This document shows positions 50,646 through 64,000 of a stretch of 64,000 bases of DNA, piece after piece. The DNA is taken from NCBI GenBank assembly GCA_021613535.1, contig CP075492.1, forward strand, positions 17,608,001 to 17,672,000. Reading direction: 5' to 3'. This stretch comes from Adineta vaga (lineage: Eukaryota > Animalia > Rotifera). The stretch's first letter is position 1. The number at the start of each line of letters is the position of its first letter. Below the pieces are notes generated by a model that had not been told where the DNA came from, ran no database searches, and was given only the letters and a program-made list of their open reading frames with translations. The position numbers and the translations under genes were made by a program.

Positions 50646-53600
50646 CTCGTTGTTCTCTATTTAATGTAAATTCATCAACAATGCTTTTGTGAGTGCAATA
50701 TGTGGAGCTAATTATTGACGCAACAGGAAGAATATAAGTGTAGGTATTGTTATTTGTTGAATTCATCAGTGTTAGAACTGTATCATCCATACTTTCATCA
50801 TCGGATGCATTATCTATTTTACGGTCATTTCCAGTAATTAAATTTCGTCTAACTTTTTCCCTTTCAGTTTTCAGTTGTTCTTGCCATTTTATATTGAGTT
50901 TGATGAGATTTGGTGTTGAAGAAACGAAGGGTATTATCTGTGACGTATTGTTTTCATCAGAAAATTCATTAGTTAAATATTGAATAGGAGCTACAAAAAA
51001 AGGTTCAAAATTGTTATTCTTCTTTAAATGATATAGGTAGAATATACTCACTATCTGCTTGAGCAAATCGTCCAACTGTCTCAACTGATTTAATTGCTTT
51101 TTCAATATATAAATTTTCTGTTAATTTCTTCATACTATTTGATGCAGTTGCAGTATATTCGTTTAGATTTCCAAGCAGTTCAAGCAAATCTTCATTATCA
51201 CTATTATCATCATAATTATCATATGTGTTTTGATTTGTTGGAAGTAATTCGGGATCGATGGTATCTTTCTCGACTTCAGCTTCAGTAATAACTTGAAGTA
51301 AATGCTCATCTCGATCATTTTTACATTCATGTAAAAGTTGGATATTTTCTATAATATTCCACGAATGTGCAGATATATGATGTTGACGAGATTCAAATGC
51401 ATCCGTCCATTTTTGATTAACATTACAAAGATCACTTACAGTACGCCAAGGTACAAAAAGTGTAAGAATAGCTCTGCAGTATCGTTCTTGAGTATCATCC
51501 CGATCTCGTCGAGGAATTTGAGGACCAAAAAGAACTGGAACGTGACATTCACTATATTTCATCATAAGATGTGTTTTTGTTTGAGGATGCTGTATTTGAA
51601 AAGGAAAACGTTCATTAGGTGGTCGACCCCTTCGATTATCTCGTTCTTCTTGTATTATAGAGCTTTCACTTAAATATTTTAAATCTGCTGCATTGATTTT
51701 TTTCTTATAAAATGCACTAACAAAATCGTATAAGCATATGTTATCGAGAGTATCTGAACGACATTGATAATCAATTCGTGTATTGACTAGTACGAAACTA
51801 TTTTGGTTGTCAGTAGATTGAATTTGAAAGTTTTCTTCATCATTATTTTCTCCATTTGCATTTTCATCATCTAATACATTTTCATTTTCATCTTCGTCAT
51901 CGATTACATCTATATGTAAAAAAAGGAAACATGTATATTTTCATTTGATCATTACAAGCATATTGATTCGTTTCGTTAATTACCGAAGAAAAAAGATGTC
52001 GAGATAATTGCACTCAATGTGTGAATCACTCATTTATGTGATATATCAACGAATATTCACTGAAACACCTTTGTCTAAATCTATTTGTTTCGAAATCAAC
52101 TAGAGAAGTATCGCAATTATATGTAATAAGAATTGTTTAACCATACTGAATACCATATTGGATATCCTATTGTTCCTCGTTATGTGATAAATACGTAACG
52201 ATGATTGTTTTTCTTCTTTTAACTTTCATTCATTGTTTATTGATTGTTTTTATAAACTAAGTGTTCTCTTTCTTTCTTCCTTTCATCACGAACATGTATT
52301 GTCTTATCGTTTTGCAAGTATACATCATAAGTAATTTTTCTTTCTCTTCTTTCTCTTTCTCCTCGTCTTTATCCTTCTCCCTCTCCGTCTCTCTCTCGAT
52401 TCATATATACGCAAGAAAAAAAACCTTGTTTAGTAAAAAAAAACTCTAGAGCAGGTGGATGACAAAAAATCATGATGTTACCTTGTGAATTAACTTCTAA
52501 ATTTTGTTTAATACGTAATTCATCCAATTCTGTTTGTAAGTACCGTTCAGTTTGAACTAAATAAAGTCCTTGAAAATTGTGTGTTGTATAATGATCATCC
52601 CAGTTCATGAGATAGGAAGCAACTTGTACTCCAGATAATTCTTGTTGAGAGGCAAGTGCATTATAACAACGTAAAACCAGTTTCCGTGATCTCTCGATGA
52701 TATTCTCTGTGTCCGTTTGGTCAGAGATGTTTGTAAATGATGTAACACTTTTTTGAATAAGAGAGAAGGTATCATGAAAAGAAAGACTCATTTTTGTAAC
52801 ATAATCAGTAATGTAGTAGACTAGAGCTTTAGCATCGCTACCACTCCATATAAACTTAATATCCATATTGGAACGACAGCCTGATATAAGATATTCATTA
52901 AAATTATTAATCATAGGATGTGACCGTCGCATAGATATATGACCAGTTTCAGGATCGATTGTCGATACCTCCACCAATTTGCGTGGTAAACGTAGACGAC
53001 AAATCTTTTTGTCACCTTGGTAGAGGTCATAGTATTTATAGCATGTATCGGTGTGGTTGTGAGTGTTCTCTGCTTCGACGAGTCGTATTACATCTGCACG
53101 AAATCGTGCTGGAAGATCGAGTGATGATGGATTCGGAGTAGGTAAGCACGCTGGAAGTAGTCTTGATTGTATATTTGAAGTATTCATAACTAAATAAGCA
53201 ATCTTTATTGTGTATCTTATTGATAATATTTCAAATGAAATCATACCATATGTCGATCGATCGGACGTTGGTGTTTGTAACGGTTCGTTGCGTGTAGGAG
53301 ATGCATAAGGTATCGATAAAGATCGAATCGAAGTCGATGGAGATCCGCTAAGTATCGGTGGTGATACGTATGGAATCGATGGAGACAATAGTCCTTTGAT
53401 TGGCGTTGACCAGACAGTAGAAGGATTCGAATGATCTGTATTTTGGTCTTGATCTGTAATATCACTAGTGCGTGCAGCTGTGTAGAGATTATCCGTTGTT
53501 GCTAGTTGTGGTGAAGTACTCAATGATTGGAAAACTGAAAGAACAAAAAATAGGAATGGTATTGACGTGAAAAGAAAAAACTAGTATTACTACCAGATAT

Positions 53601-54046
53601 ATCGGGTGCCTGTTTGTCTTTGAAATCATCTAGGTCTTCTTTGATAATATCTTCTAAGTATTCTATAAGTTTTTCACGAAAATTTGAATCTTGAATCTTT
53701 TCCTTCATATCAGCTGGTTTCATATTGTGATCCAGCCAGATCAGAAGATGCAAATGTAGTGAACCTCGTCCTTGACTTTCAATAGTACCAAAGTAAGCTT
53801 TTACAGGACCGAGTACCCCACCAATAATCATTGTATCTAAGATATTAGAAATTAATACATGAAAAAACTTAGCTGTCGCAACAGGATGAGAAGCGATAAT
53901 TTCAGCACGTTTGTATGTATCCATTAATTGTCCTGCTCGCACATTGTCTAGATCTAGCTTGACACCCGCAAAATATAATGCTACGGGACTATGAATATCA
54001 GCTGGATTGATAGTTAAAAAAATACTTGGTGATCCTTGATTGAATA
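50646..54046 (-). mobile_element. Helitron/Helentron Rep domain, multi-exon, truncated at both ends
   Basis: PSIFLTINPAD, HPVATAKFF, YFGTIESQGRGSLHLHLLIW (HUH), HNHTDTCYKY, CRLRLPR, NMDIKFI, YITDYVTK (Y2), LTLFVPWR. Stops at LNREQR, where the Pif1 helicase would begin. Confidence 0.9.
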
Positions 54047-54050
54047 TTAA

Positions 54051-55384
54051 CCCTTTGAAGCCCACGGCTTGTCTAGTGAATAGATTCATTTGATATTTTC
54101 TATTTTAAGTAGCTATCATAAGTACTTCATATATTAGATAAAACTTTCCGGAAATATGTTAATCTAGAACAGCTGGAGAGGCAACAAATTTATTTACAAA
54201 AATATGTACAGAAATATATACAAAATTTACAGAAAAAATGACTACAATATGCTTTTATGATATTTGTAAAAGCAATTTCTTTTATTACTTATACAGAAAG
54301 CTCTATTACAATGAGTACAGTGATATGAACTTTGATAAGAATTTTTCTTTGTACTACAATATGCACGTCGTCGTTGAGCACCAATAATTGGAAGATGATG
54401 TTCATTTTTTTGTCGTCCATAAGTATTTGTTTGTTCACATATAAAATGAAATAATTCTTCAGTAAATAATAACATAAAGGCATCAATAGGCCGAAGTTGA
54501 AGACCACCTTGTGGTAATACATAAGATACACCAGTAAATGGTTTTAGTGTCCTGTTTGAACAATCATCATTCCAATCCCAATTATTCTCGTATTCTTAGT
54601 CATCTGATAAACTATTATCACCAGATTCAGATGCATCACCATCAGATTCAGATAAATCATCACTAGATTCAGATAGATTATCATCAAGTTCAGAGCTATC
54701 ACTCGAATCGCTGACTTGCGAAGAAGTATTATTATGATAAGAATCATCTTCACTTGAACTCATCATTTCCTTCTTTGTGTTTTATTTATAGATGATCAAT
54801 TTTGAAATATACAACAAACTGATTCTGTCAGATATTGTAGAACTTATGTATATGATAAAGAACAATAGAAATTTAAACTAGACCCTATCGAATAACGGTT
54901 TTCACTACAATAAAATAATTTAGCTAGTTAATTTCTAGAACATCATTAGTGACTTATAGAACTAGAAATGTATTTGAAAAGCAGAATTAGGAAAATTTTT
55001 CTTATTACAGATAATATAAATATTGTGATAGATGTCGCGCACATACAACCGATATATCATATAGATAACGATCATTAGTTGATAAAAGCATTCACTCTGA
55101 TCTATTTGTTAGATAGCTATTACAGAATTCTACCACTTAAAGCTATAATTAAGTTTCATCAAAAAATCTGGAAATTGGTATAAAATAAACTATTTTACTA
55201 TCTTAGCTTATAATCATTTCCATTGCATAAATGAGTTTGTAGTAGTTTTAATTTTCACCTAGACGTATACGGCATTACTTTCTCTATAAAATAAAAAAAA
55301 CCGCAGTCAAATATCTAAAAGCGTTCACGTTTTATTAAAAAAATAAAAAAGTGTACGATATATAGTACAGTGGGCCTCAAACAG
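54051..55384 (-). mobile_element. Internally deleted piggyBac element
   Basis: TTAA (54047-54050) CCCTTTGAAGCCCAC ... GTGGGCCTCAAACAG TTAA (55385-55388). Acidic N-terminus, LLFTEELFHFICEQTNTYG fused directly to the Cys-rich tail (C..C...FC....NCF.KYH); DDD core absent. Confidence 0.85.
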
Positions 55385-55502
55385 TTAAACAAATGGTACT
55401 GGGAAATAGCATAGTTCTTTTTCTTTCAAATATGCAAAGATGGAGCCTTCCTAAAGCTATAAAGCAGAAACTACAAACGAACGAGAACAATATTTCGTAG
55501 AA

Positions 55503-58500
55503 TCAACATGTTTGTACAAATAGGCTTAAACTATCAGTTCCATCGTTGATAACCATTAGATCCAATTTCTCATCATTATTGAAATCACCGACAGCAATAA
55601 ACATTGGATAAGTACCATATCCTGTAGAAAACAGAATTATATTCTTAAATATACCATTTCCATATCCTAGCAAAACACCAATATTGTTCGAGTGATAATT
55701 AGCCACAATAACATCCAATATTCCGTCTGCATTCAAATCATGAACTGCAACAAAATAAGGACCAGAGCTATAGCCTGTTGAATACTCTGTTTGATTACCA
55801 AAAGCACCATTGCCATGTCCCAAAAAAATAACAATATTATCAGTACCATAATTGGTGACAACGATATCGAGTTGAACATCGTTGTTAAAATCACCGACAC
55901 CTATCGAATATGGAGACGAACTAGCACCAGTCTCATACAGTACCTGATTTTGAAAAGATAAATTGCCGTATCCAATAAAAACACCAAAACAATTACTACC
56001 GGAGTAGACTACAACGATGTCTCTTCGACCATCATTGTTGAAATCACCAGTGGCTACATCTCGTGGTCTTGACCCATTGACAGTTACCAGCTTCGTTTGA
56101 GGAACAAGTATTATATTACTATATCCAAAAAGAACACTTATGGTATTATCCAGAGAATTGACGAGAACAATATCCAGTCGAGCATCATTATTGAAATCAC
56201 CAACAGCTACAGATGCTGGTTTTAGACCTGTTGAACATATGACTTGATTTTGAAATGAGCCATTGCCATATCCGAGAAGATCACTTACAGTATTACTGAA
56301 AGAATTGACGTGAACAATATCCAGTCGAGCATCATTATTGAAATCACCAACAGCTACAGATATTGGTCCGGTATCCGTTGAATATGTGACTTGACTTTCA
56401 AATGAGCCATTGCCATGTCCAAGAAGAATACTTACAGTACTATCCACATAATTGGCGACAACAATGTCCAGTCGAGCATCATTATTGAAATCGCCAACAG
56501 CTACAGATATTGGTCCGGTATCCATTGAATATGTGATTTGACTCTTAAATGAGCCATTGCCATGTCCAAGAAGAACACTTGCAGTACTACCGTCATAATT
56601 GGCGACAACAATATCCAATTGAGTATCATTGTTGAAATCGCCAACAGCTACAGCTTTTGGTCCTGCACCCGTTGAAGATGTGATTTGACTTTCAAATGAG
56701 CCATTGCCATGTCCAAGAAGAATACTTACAGTATTACTGGCAAAATTAGCGACAACAATATCCAATTGAGTATCATTATTGAAATCGCCAACAGCTACAG
56801 ATGCTGGTCTTCGACCCGTTGAATATGTGATTTGACTTTCAAATGAGCCATTGCCATGTCCAAGAAGAACACTTACACTACTACCGTCATAATTGGCGAC
56901 AACAATATCCAATTGAGTATCATTATTGAAATCGCCAACTGCTACAGATGCTGGTTTTCGACCCGTTGAATATGTGATTTGACTTTCAAATGAGCCATTG
57001 CCATGCCCAAGAAAAATACTTACAGTATTACTGGCTGAATTAACGACAACAATATCCAATCGAGTATCATTATTGAAATCACTAACTGCTACAGCTGCTG
57101 GCTGCCCACCAGTTGAATAAGTGATCTGGCTTTCAAACAGAGCATTATCGAATGCAATAAAAATATCAATTCTATCGTCATTCTCATAGCTCACAATAAT
57201 ATCTGATTGTTTATCGTTGTTCAAATTATCGCCAACGACAATCCATGGTTTGGAATCTAATGTGACAAAATTATTTATCTGAGGTACAAACAATCCGTTT
57301 TCATTTCCGAGAAATATATCCAGCGTTCTACTACCATAATTTGCCACAACGATGTCATTTTCAGCATCAGCTTGGAAGTGACTGACGGCGATCGATAGAG
57401 GATGTGAATTTGGGGCAGTACTAAACAGTTTCTGTTGTGCAAAAGTAGTATTACTGTATCCAAGAAATAAAGCAAGATTATTAGTACCAAAATTAGCTAT
57501 GAGAAAATCCAGTTGGCCATCCCTGTTAAAATCGGCAACAGCAACGCTGCGTATTTTGGCACCCATACCAGATGCATAAGTCACTGTATTAAAAAGAGTA
57601 CCTTTATTGTATTGAATGATCATAGTCAGAGTATTATCCAAAAAATTGCTCGAAACAATATCCAATCGATTATCATTGTTGAAGTCACCAACAGCAACAG
57701 ATATTGGTCCTGTACCCGTTGAATATGTGACTTGACTTTCAAATGAGCCATTGCCATGTCCAAGAAGAACACTTAGAGTATTCTCCACAATATTGACGAC
57801 AACAATATCCAATCGAGTATCATTATTGAAATCGCCAACAGCTGCAGACATTGGTACTAGACCTGTGGAATATGTTGTTTGATTTTGAAACGAGCCATTG
57901 CCATGTCCAAGAAGAACACTTATAGTATTACTGCCAGAATTAACGACAACAATATCCAGTCGAGCATCATTATTGAAATCACCAACAACTACAGATTCTG
58001 GGCTTAGACCTGTTGAATATGTTGTTTGATTTTGAGATGAGCCATTGCCATGCCCAAGGAGAACACTTACAGTATTACTGCCAGAATTAACGACAACAAT
58101 ATCCAGTCGAGCATCATTATTGAAATCACCAACAGCAACAGATATTGGTCCTGTACCCGTTGAATATGTTGTTTGATTTTGAAATGAGCCATTGCCATGC
58201 CCAAGGAGAACACTTACAGTATTACTGCCAGAATTAACGACAACAATATCCAGTCGAGCATCATTATTGAAATCACCAACAGCTACAGCTTTTGGTGCTG
58301 CACCCGTTGAATACGTGATTTGACTTTCGAATGAGCCATTGCCATGTCCAAGAAGAATACTTACAGTATTACTGCCAGAATTAACGACAACAATATCCAA
58401 TCGAGTATCATTATTGAAATCACCAACAACTACAGATTCTGGGCTTAGACCTGTTGAATATATTGTTTGATTTTGAAATGTGCCATTGCCATGTCCTAGA

Positions 58501-61500
58501 AGAACACTTACAGTAATACTGAAAGAATTAACGACAACAATATCCAATCGAGTATCATTATTGAAATCACCAACAGCTAAAGATCGTGGGAACAAACCCG
58601 TTGAATATGTAGCTGCATTGTAAAAACCTTCAAAACCACCAAGAAGAATGTCTATTGAACCTGTATCATTACTAACAACTGTAAGATCTAATCGTTCGTC
58701 GTGGTTTAAATCGCCTAATGACAGTGAGATGGAATTAGTGGAACCAGTCTGATACATTATAGGAGTCGAAAAAGTACCATCACCATTTCCTAGAAATACG
58801 CTTGTATTGTTACCGCCTTTATTAGCAATAATTAAATCCATTTTTGTGTCGTTGTTCAAATCAGCAACGTGAATAAAGCATGGTGAAGCAGATTCGATCG
58901 AATAAGTGCCGAAGTTTGTGAAGGTTGCGTTACCGTTATTCAGAAAAATGCTTGTGCTGTCTATTCCGTGGTTGGCGACAGCAATATCAAGGAGAGTGTC
59001 TGCATTGAAAAAGCCAACTGCAATAGAATAAGGATGTGAACCGTAGTGAACAGGGATCGATAACTGTTTTGTAAAGCTATAATTAGCAGTTCCAATAAAT
59101 AGACCAACATTTTGTGTGCCATAATTAGCAACAGCAAGATCAAGGTAATTGTCGTCATTAAAATCGCCAACAACTATTGACAAGGGAAATGAATCGTAAC
59201 CTGTTGAGTATATGACTGCATTAAAGAAACTTCCATTTCCACATCCATAAAAGACACTTATACTATGCGTTCCATAATTCGCAGTGACAATGTCAAATAA
59301 TGTGTCATTGTTCAAGTCTTCAACGAGAATCCAAACTGGACGAGATGATCCGGTCGAAAACTTTAGTTGACTACGAAAAGATCCATTTGCAAATCCAAGA
59401 AATATACCAACACTGTTCGTGCCAAAATGTGCCACTGCAATATCCACGTGATTATCGTTGTTGAAGTCACTTGTTGCAACCATGTATGGAATAGAACGAG
59501 GGCCAGTCGAATAGAAGACTGGATCTTCAAAAGTACCATCACATTTTCCAAAATAAATACCTATATTGTCAACAGCTGAATTTGCAACGACCATATCAGG
59601 ACATGAATCATTGTTGAAAATGGTGACAACTATCGACCGTGGACCATAGTTGTATTCGACTGGATTAGGATATGTTCGTTTAAAATTGAATCCACATTTC
59701 GAAGCTAAATGACCAAATAGCAACGAACTCAAAACTAATCAAATACTCCAATGTCTTTTTTTACGCGATCGTATTTTTCTGAAATCTGTTAAATTTCAAT
59801 TGGAACATCTCCCTGAATGTCAACATAATGCTTTTTTTCGCATTACGTATCAAGGAACTGATAATTTATCAAATAAAACGTTACTATCACATTATTGTTT
59901 TAGCTTTTGAAGTGTTCTTCTTAGAATAAATTACGACTCTTTCCATTACGATTACTCATCAAATACAGAAACTATGACGAAAACATGTCACGAAAAGTGT
60001 CTTGTAGTTTTTTTTGTGGAACTACATTGCAGTATTTCACTGCATATTTTATGTAATATATATGTAAGATATTTCGTCGTGAAATGAAAATTTTTCGTAA
60101 GTGATAAAACACATACAATTGAAATTTAACTCGTTATTATCATTTTATACTTAACAATTGTCTATACAATATAAGTTTCACTTGTACAACAGTGGTAAAA
60201 GAAGAAATGAAAAAGTTTATGCAATTAGCTTAATAACAGAATTCTTGAACGATTTCTTTCGTCTCTTAGCTAATCTCTTCTCCACTTTCACTCGTTTTTC
60301 ATATTCATCTTTGTATCTATTCATAATAAAATCATTGACGGAGCGGGTTTTTTCTAAGCTTTTCTTTCTGTTATAATATCAATTCAAAAATTTAAAATCA
60401 TTTATTCTGTAGCTCTTGACCGTGAGCAATCATTGTACATTATCAATGAAACTTTCTTCAAGTTTTTTATTTTCTCATTCTATGATAGGGTCGAGGAGAT
60501 ATTAACGTAAATTTCTAACTCGTTTTCTTAAGACATGTAAAATAACACAAAATAAGTGAAGTTAATCATAATAATTTCACTGCGAATCGATCGATAATTG
60601 TACTATACGAAAAAATCTTAAATACGTGCAAACCATCAATAGACAATTCGGAACCACAGTTTCAGTTCAGTGAAGATATACACAACTTCTATCATAAAGG
60701 GATTTATAATATGTCACGTAGTATAGATGCATGAATAGTTTTACAAGAAGTTTTTGAAGAGTGTGAACATTGCAAGATTCACCACGAAATTCTAACTTTT
60801 TAAACGTTCCATTATAAAAGTATGATGTAGTGGTATATTCCTATATACACATAGGACTTATCCATATTCATGTTATATGTATTTTCCTTTCATTCTTGGA
60901 CTTTTCCTATATATATATACGTATGTTTGCTGATATATGTGTGTGTATCCATCTATACCTTATTCTGTTCTCTTCTTTTTCCTTCGTCTTACTTCAATAA
61001 AGATACTCTTTCCGAAGATCGTACTTTATTGAACCACAAGACGTGACAAAAAGAGAATGTCTTTTATGAACAAAATATGATTGCATTGAAAGATGACTGA
61101 TATTATTAGTTTCTATATCATTATTTATACGAAACTAAAAACTATATTTTTACTAACAATACATGCAAATATTGCATAATTTAGAGTTTTTCATAAAAAT
61201 ATTCTTATTATAAATTGGCTACTGCTATTGTATATGAGAAAATTGTAGAATAAAATCAACATACCCGCTGGTTTGGGTATTCTAAAGTAAACAATCAGAA
61301 TGCCAATGATCATTACCATAACTGTAAATATGGTAAATTGAACTGCACGATATTTCATTGCATTGATTGTTATGTAAAAGTAATGTTTCCTAAAGGAAGT
61401 TAACGAAAAGTATATTAAATATCGGGAAAAAAGAACACGAAGCATACAAAGGCTTTGGGGGTTGGCGCATTATTATTTTGTTTTTCACACCATTGTTATC

Positions 61501-61608
61501 AAGTGCCGTGTTAAAAGTATTAGGTACCGAACACATATTGTTCTTGCCATCATTAATAACAGCATTTTTAGTAGGCGAATCATTATTTTTCTGACCATTG
61601 TGATTCAT
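55503..61608 (-). CDS. Large type-II membrane FG-GAP/VCBS-repeat protein
   Basis: 1409-aa ORF of YSTG..P.SVAVGDFNND.RLDIVV.N repeats, acceptor at ~59705. Upstream exons 61608-~61449 and ~61389-61265 encode a cytoplasmic N-terminus and TM (AVQFTIFTVMVMIIGILIVYF). Confidence 0.85.
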
Positions 61609-63354
61609 AGGTGCTAATTCAATCTATAAAAAGATAATGACATAGATGGACGATACTAATAATGAAAAATTTTCTAAAAACTTCTGACTATAACAACTTT
61701 GTCTAGCTCATTATGTCATTTCATCAGTCAACAAAGATCTCGTTTAGTTACAATTGCAGTTTCATTATTTACAGCACATTTTTATAATCTAAATGTATTT
61801 GATAAAACACCGATATAAGCTCTACTGTCAATTAAAACTAGGATTAAAATTACTTTTTTCTTAGAGCGGAATTATTATTATAGTTCAAGTTTTGCAACGA
61901 TTGTTTTCGGTACTGTGATCATTTACAGAGTTTCTTCGTTTTGCTTTATATACTCCAATATAAAATAAATATCCATTCGAAATTTCAAAACCATAAATTG
62001 ATATAAACGGACAAAGTATATTGATACTTATGATTATGATGAACAGTAATATTTCGGATGTTGCGAAAGTTAAAGATATGAATTGGTTATAGTGATAGCG
62101 TCTGTGGAAGACTCTTCTTTATTTCTTTCACTATGTTTGATAAAAGAAGTATGAATGTTAATAAATAGAAATTCTCTCCCAGTATGAAAACAACGACATC
62201 TTAAACGCATTAATAGTACAATAACGAATGGTTATGTTCTCATGATTTTCTCCAAACCCTCAGTTTCTATTTATCCAATAGTAGTGCTCGATCATTACTT
62301 CAGTAACTTTTAAAAGGAAGCACACCTAACGTTTTTATCTATTCCTATGTTTTACAAACTTCATCAGCTTGATACTGCATGATTGACTTGAATATTTGAT
62401 TGTTGTAATCACTAATCGAAGATGTAGAATAATAGTATATTATATAATAAACAACCGATGTATCCTAAAAAATAAACAAAATATTCAAGTCTTTTGTCGA
62501 ACTCGCGTATCTTTTTTAAAGAAAAATAAGTGAGCACATGTTTGACGTTGAGAACTTTGAGAAGTTCTCTCCTACCCTTCACTTATAGATGCATCCCTGC
62601 CACAGGCGGAATTCTTTTACAGAAATAACATGATCTCAAGCAAAATCGTTGGCGAACTATCAAGGAGACGAGATGGCGATACTGACTTTCTAAAAGATTT
62701 TCTTATAGACTAAAAAAACTTTATTTTTTATGATGAGAAAAATACTTTTTGCATGATTATGGGTTCATCTGCAGTAACAGAATTTTATTCATATCTATCA
62801 TATCTTCAGAAACAGTCTTTGAATAGCGTACGATTTGAATTGCGTTTGCAAAGTAACCTCATAGAGCTTATTTTAAGTCAAAGTATCGAGAGTTTCCGTG
62901 TGAAAAATTTTATTTAAAAAATACCTAATATCTACTACAATGAGAATGAGAAAATTTTTATATAGGATCGAAAGTGCTTTATTGTTTTCTCTAGTTTAGC
63001 ATCGAGTAAATCATCATAGACGCTAACACTTCGTAGATCCTCACCTTGATCATGGCCGAAGCGGGATCTGGGTAGCCTTGCCCGAACGTAAATAATGGTG
63101 CTGTTACGTCCTTGCATCATGACTGCTAACATGTGTATGCTCCATAATAATTTCTTATGCACCCAAATTATTGTATGAGAGAATCCTTCAGTTGTTTATT
63201 AACTTTGTCGCTTAAGTGAATCGAACACTTTTTTTATGGAAATATGTAATTAAACTTGAATTTGTTACAAATTTAAATTCATCATGAACTCAGCTATTAA
63301 TGGAAATCGGAAGTGTATGCTAGGAGAAGAAAGGAGACTTTTGTATTCTAAGTA

Positions 63355-63596
63355 GTTTTGCGCTACTTTGAAGTACTTTCAGCCACTTCGACTACTTTAA
63401 GTGCCAAAACAGAACACTTTTGTTCCGTTTTTGGGCAAAAATTTCTCGAAATACAGCACTTTGAGACACTTAGACGGAATTTTAAGTACTTTGACATATT
63501 TTTCAAGTACTTTAAGCTATTTCGAGCTACTTTAAAACACTTTTGTACTTTGTTGTAATTTTCTACTTCAGGTCTGCTTTTTTCCCTTAGAGTGTA
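63355..63596. repeat. tacttt-rich subterminal array ending in TTAGAGTG (MITE end)
   Basis: Repeated (c/g)tacttt/cacttt units; ttagagtg terminus as in the 45992-46149 MITE. Confidence 0.45.
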
Positions 63597-64000
63597 TGAC
63601 TAAGATTATCTTTCCTCCGATCACACTCTAATTCTCATCTTAAAGCGTTGATTTAATAGTGTTACAGTAAAAAACAATTTGTTTCGCTCAGCGTAACTTG
63701 TGTCAGCATCAATTTAGTTTTCATGGTAAAAATGTTTTGACTTTAACTCTGTTGGAATACGATCTATGTATTCAGATTTAAATAAAACAAAAATAACTAG
63801 ACGATTTATTGTTTATAGATCAATTGGTTCAATTTATGAAATTAAGCACATTAGAAAAATCTACACAAATATAAAATGTTATTTACAGTGACATTTATTC
63901 GTATAGAAGTAGATCATATGCGATTTAGCGAATATTTATCTATGTAAAGGGTATTGCAAAATTATAGACCCCCCATATACATGAATACGAAAATCGTTAT

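Overview
AT-rich eukaryotic DNA with very short (~50-65 nt) GT-AG introns. The gene families (NHL-repeat, FG-GAP/VCBS-repeat, F-box, Apple-like), TGTGGG/TGAGGG telomere-type motifs and intron-containing, endonuclease-less Penelope-like elements point to a bdelloid rotifer (inference). Host genes: an F-box-like gene, a defensin-like precursor with an in-frame TGA, a Cys-rich/NHL protein, a bacterial-type PLP decarboxylase, cystathionine beta-synthase, two FG-GAP repeat genes and an Apple/Thr-rich protein. They are interspersed with transposon debris: piggyBac, hAT, MULE, Helitron, Athena/terminon-like pieces with hammerhead ribozymes, and many foldback MITEs. The standout is a 9.4-kb element (22793-32199) with ~600-bp internally repetitive terminal inverted repeats flanked by ACGT. 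It encodes a Mutator/NOF-FB-like DDE transposase fused to a USP-like cysteine protease, a small type-I membrane protein, and an intronless envelope/fusion-glycoprotein-like gene. It therefore looks like a cut-and-paste DNA transposon carrying virus-like envelope cargo. All family calls come from motif recognition by eye; no database searches were run.
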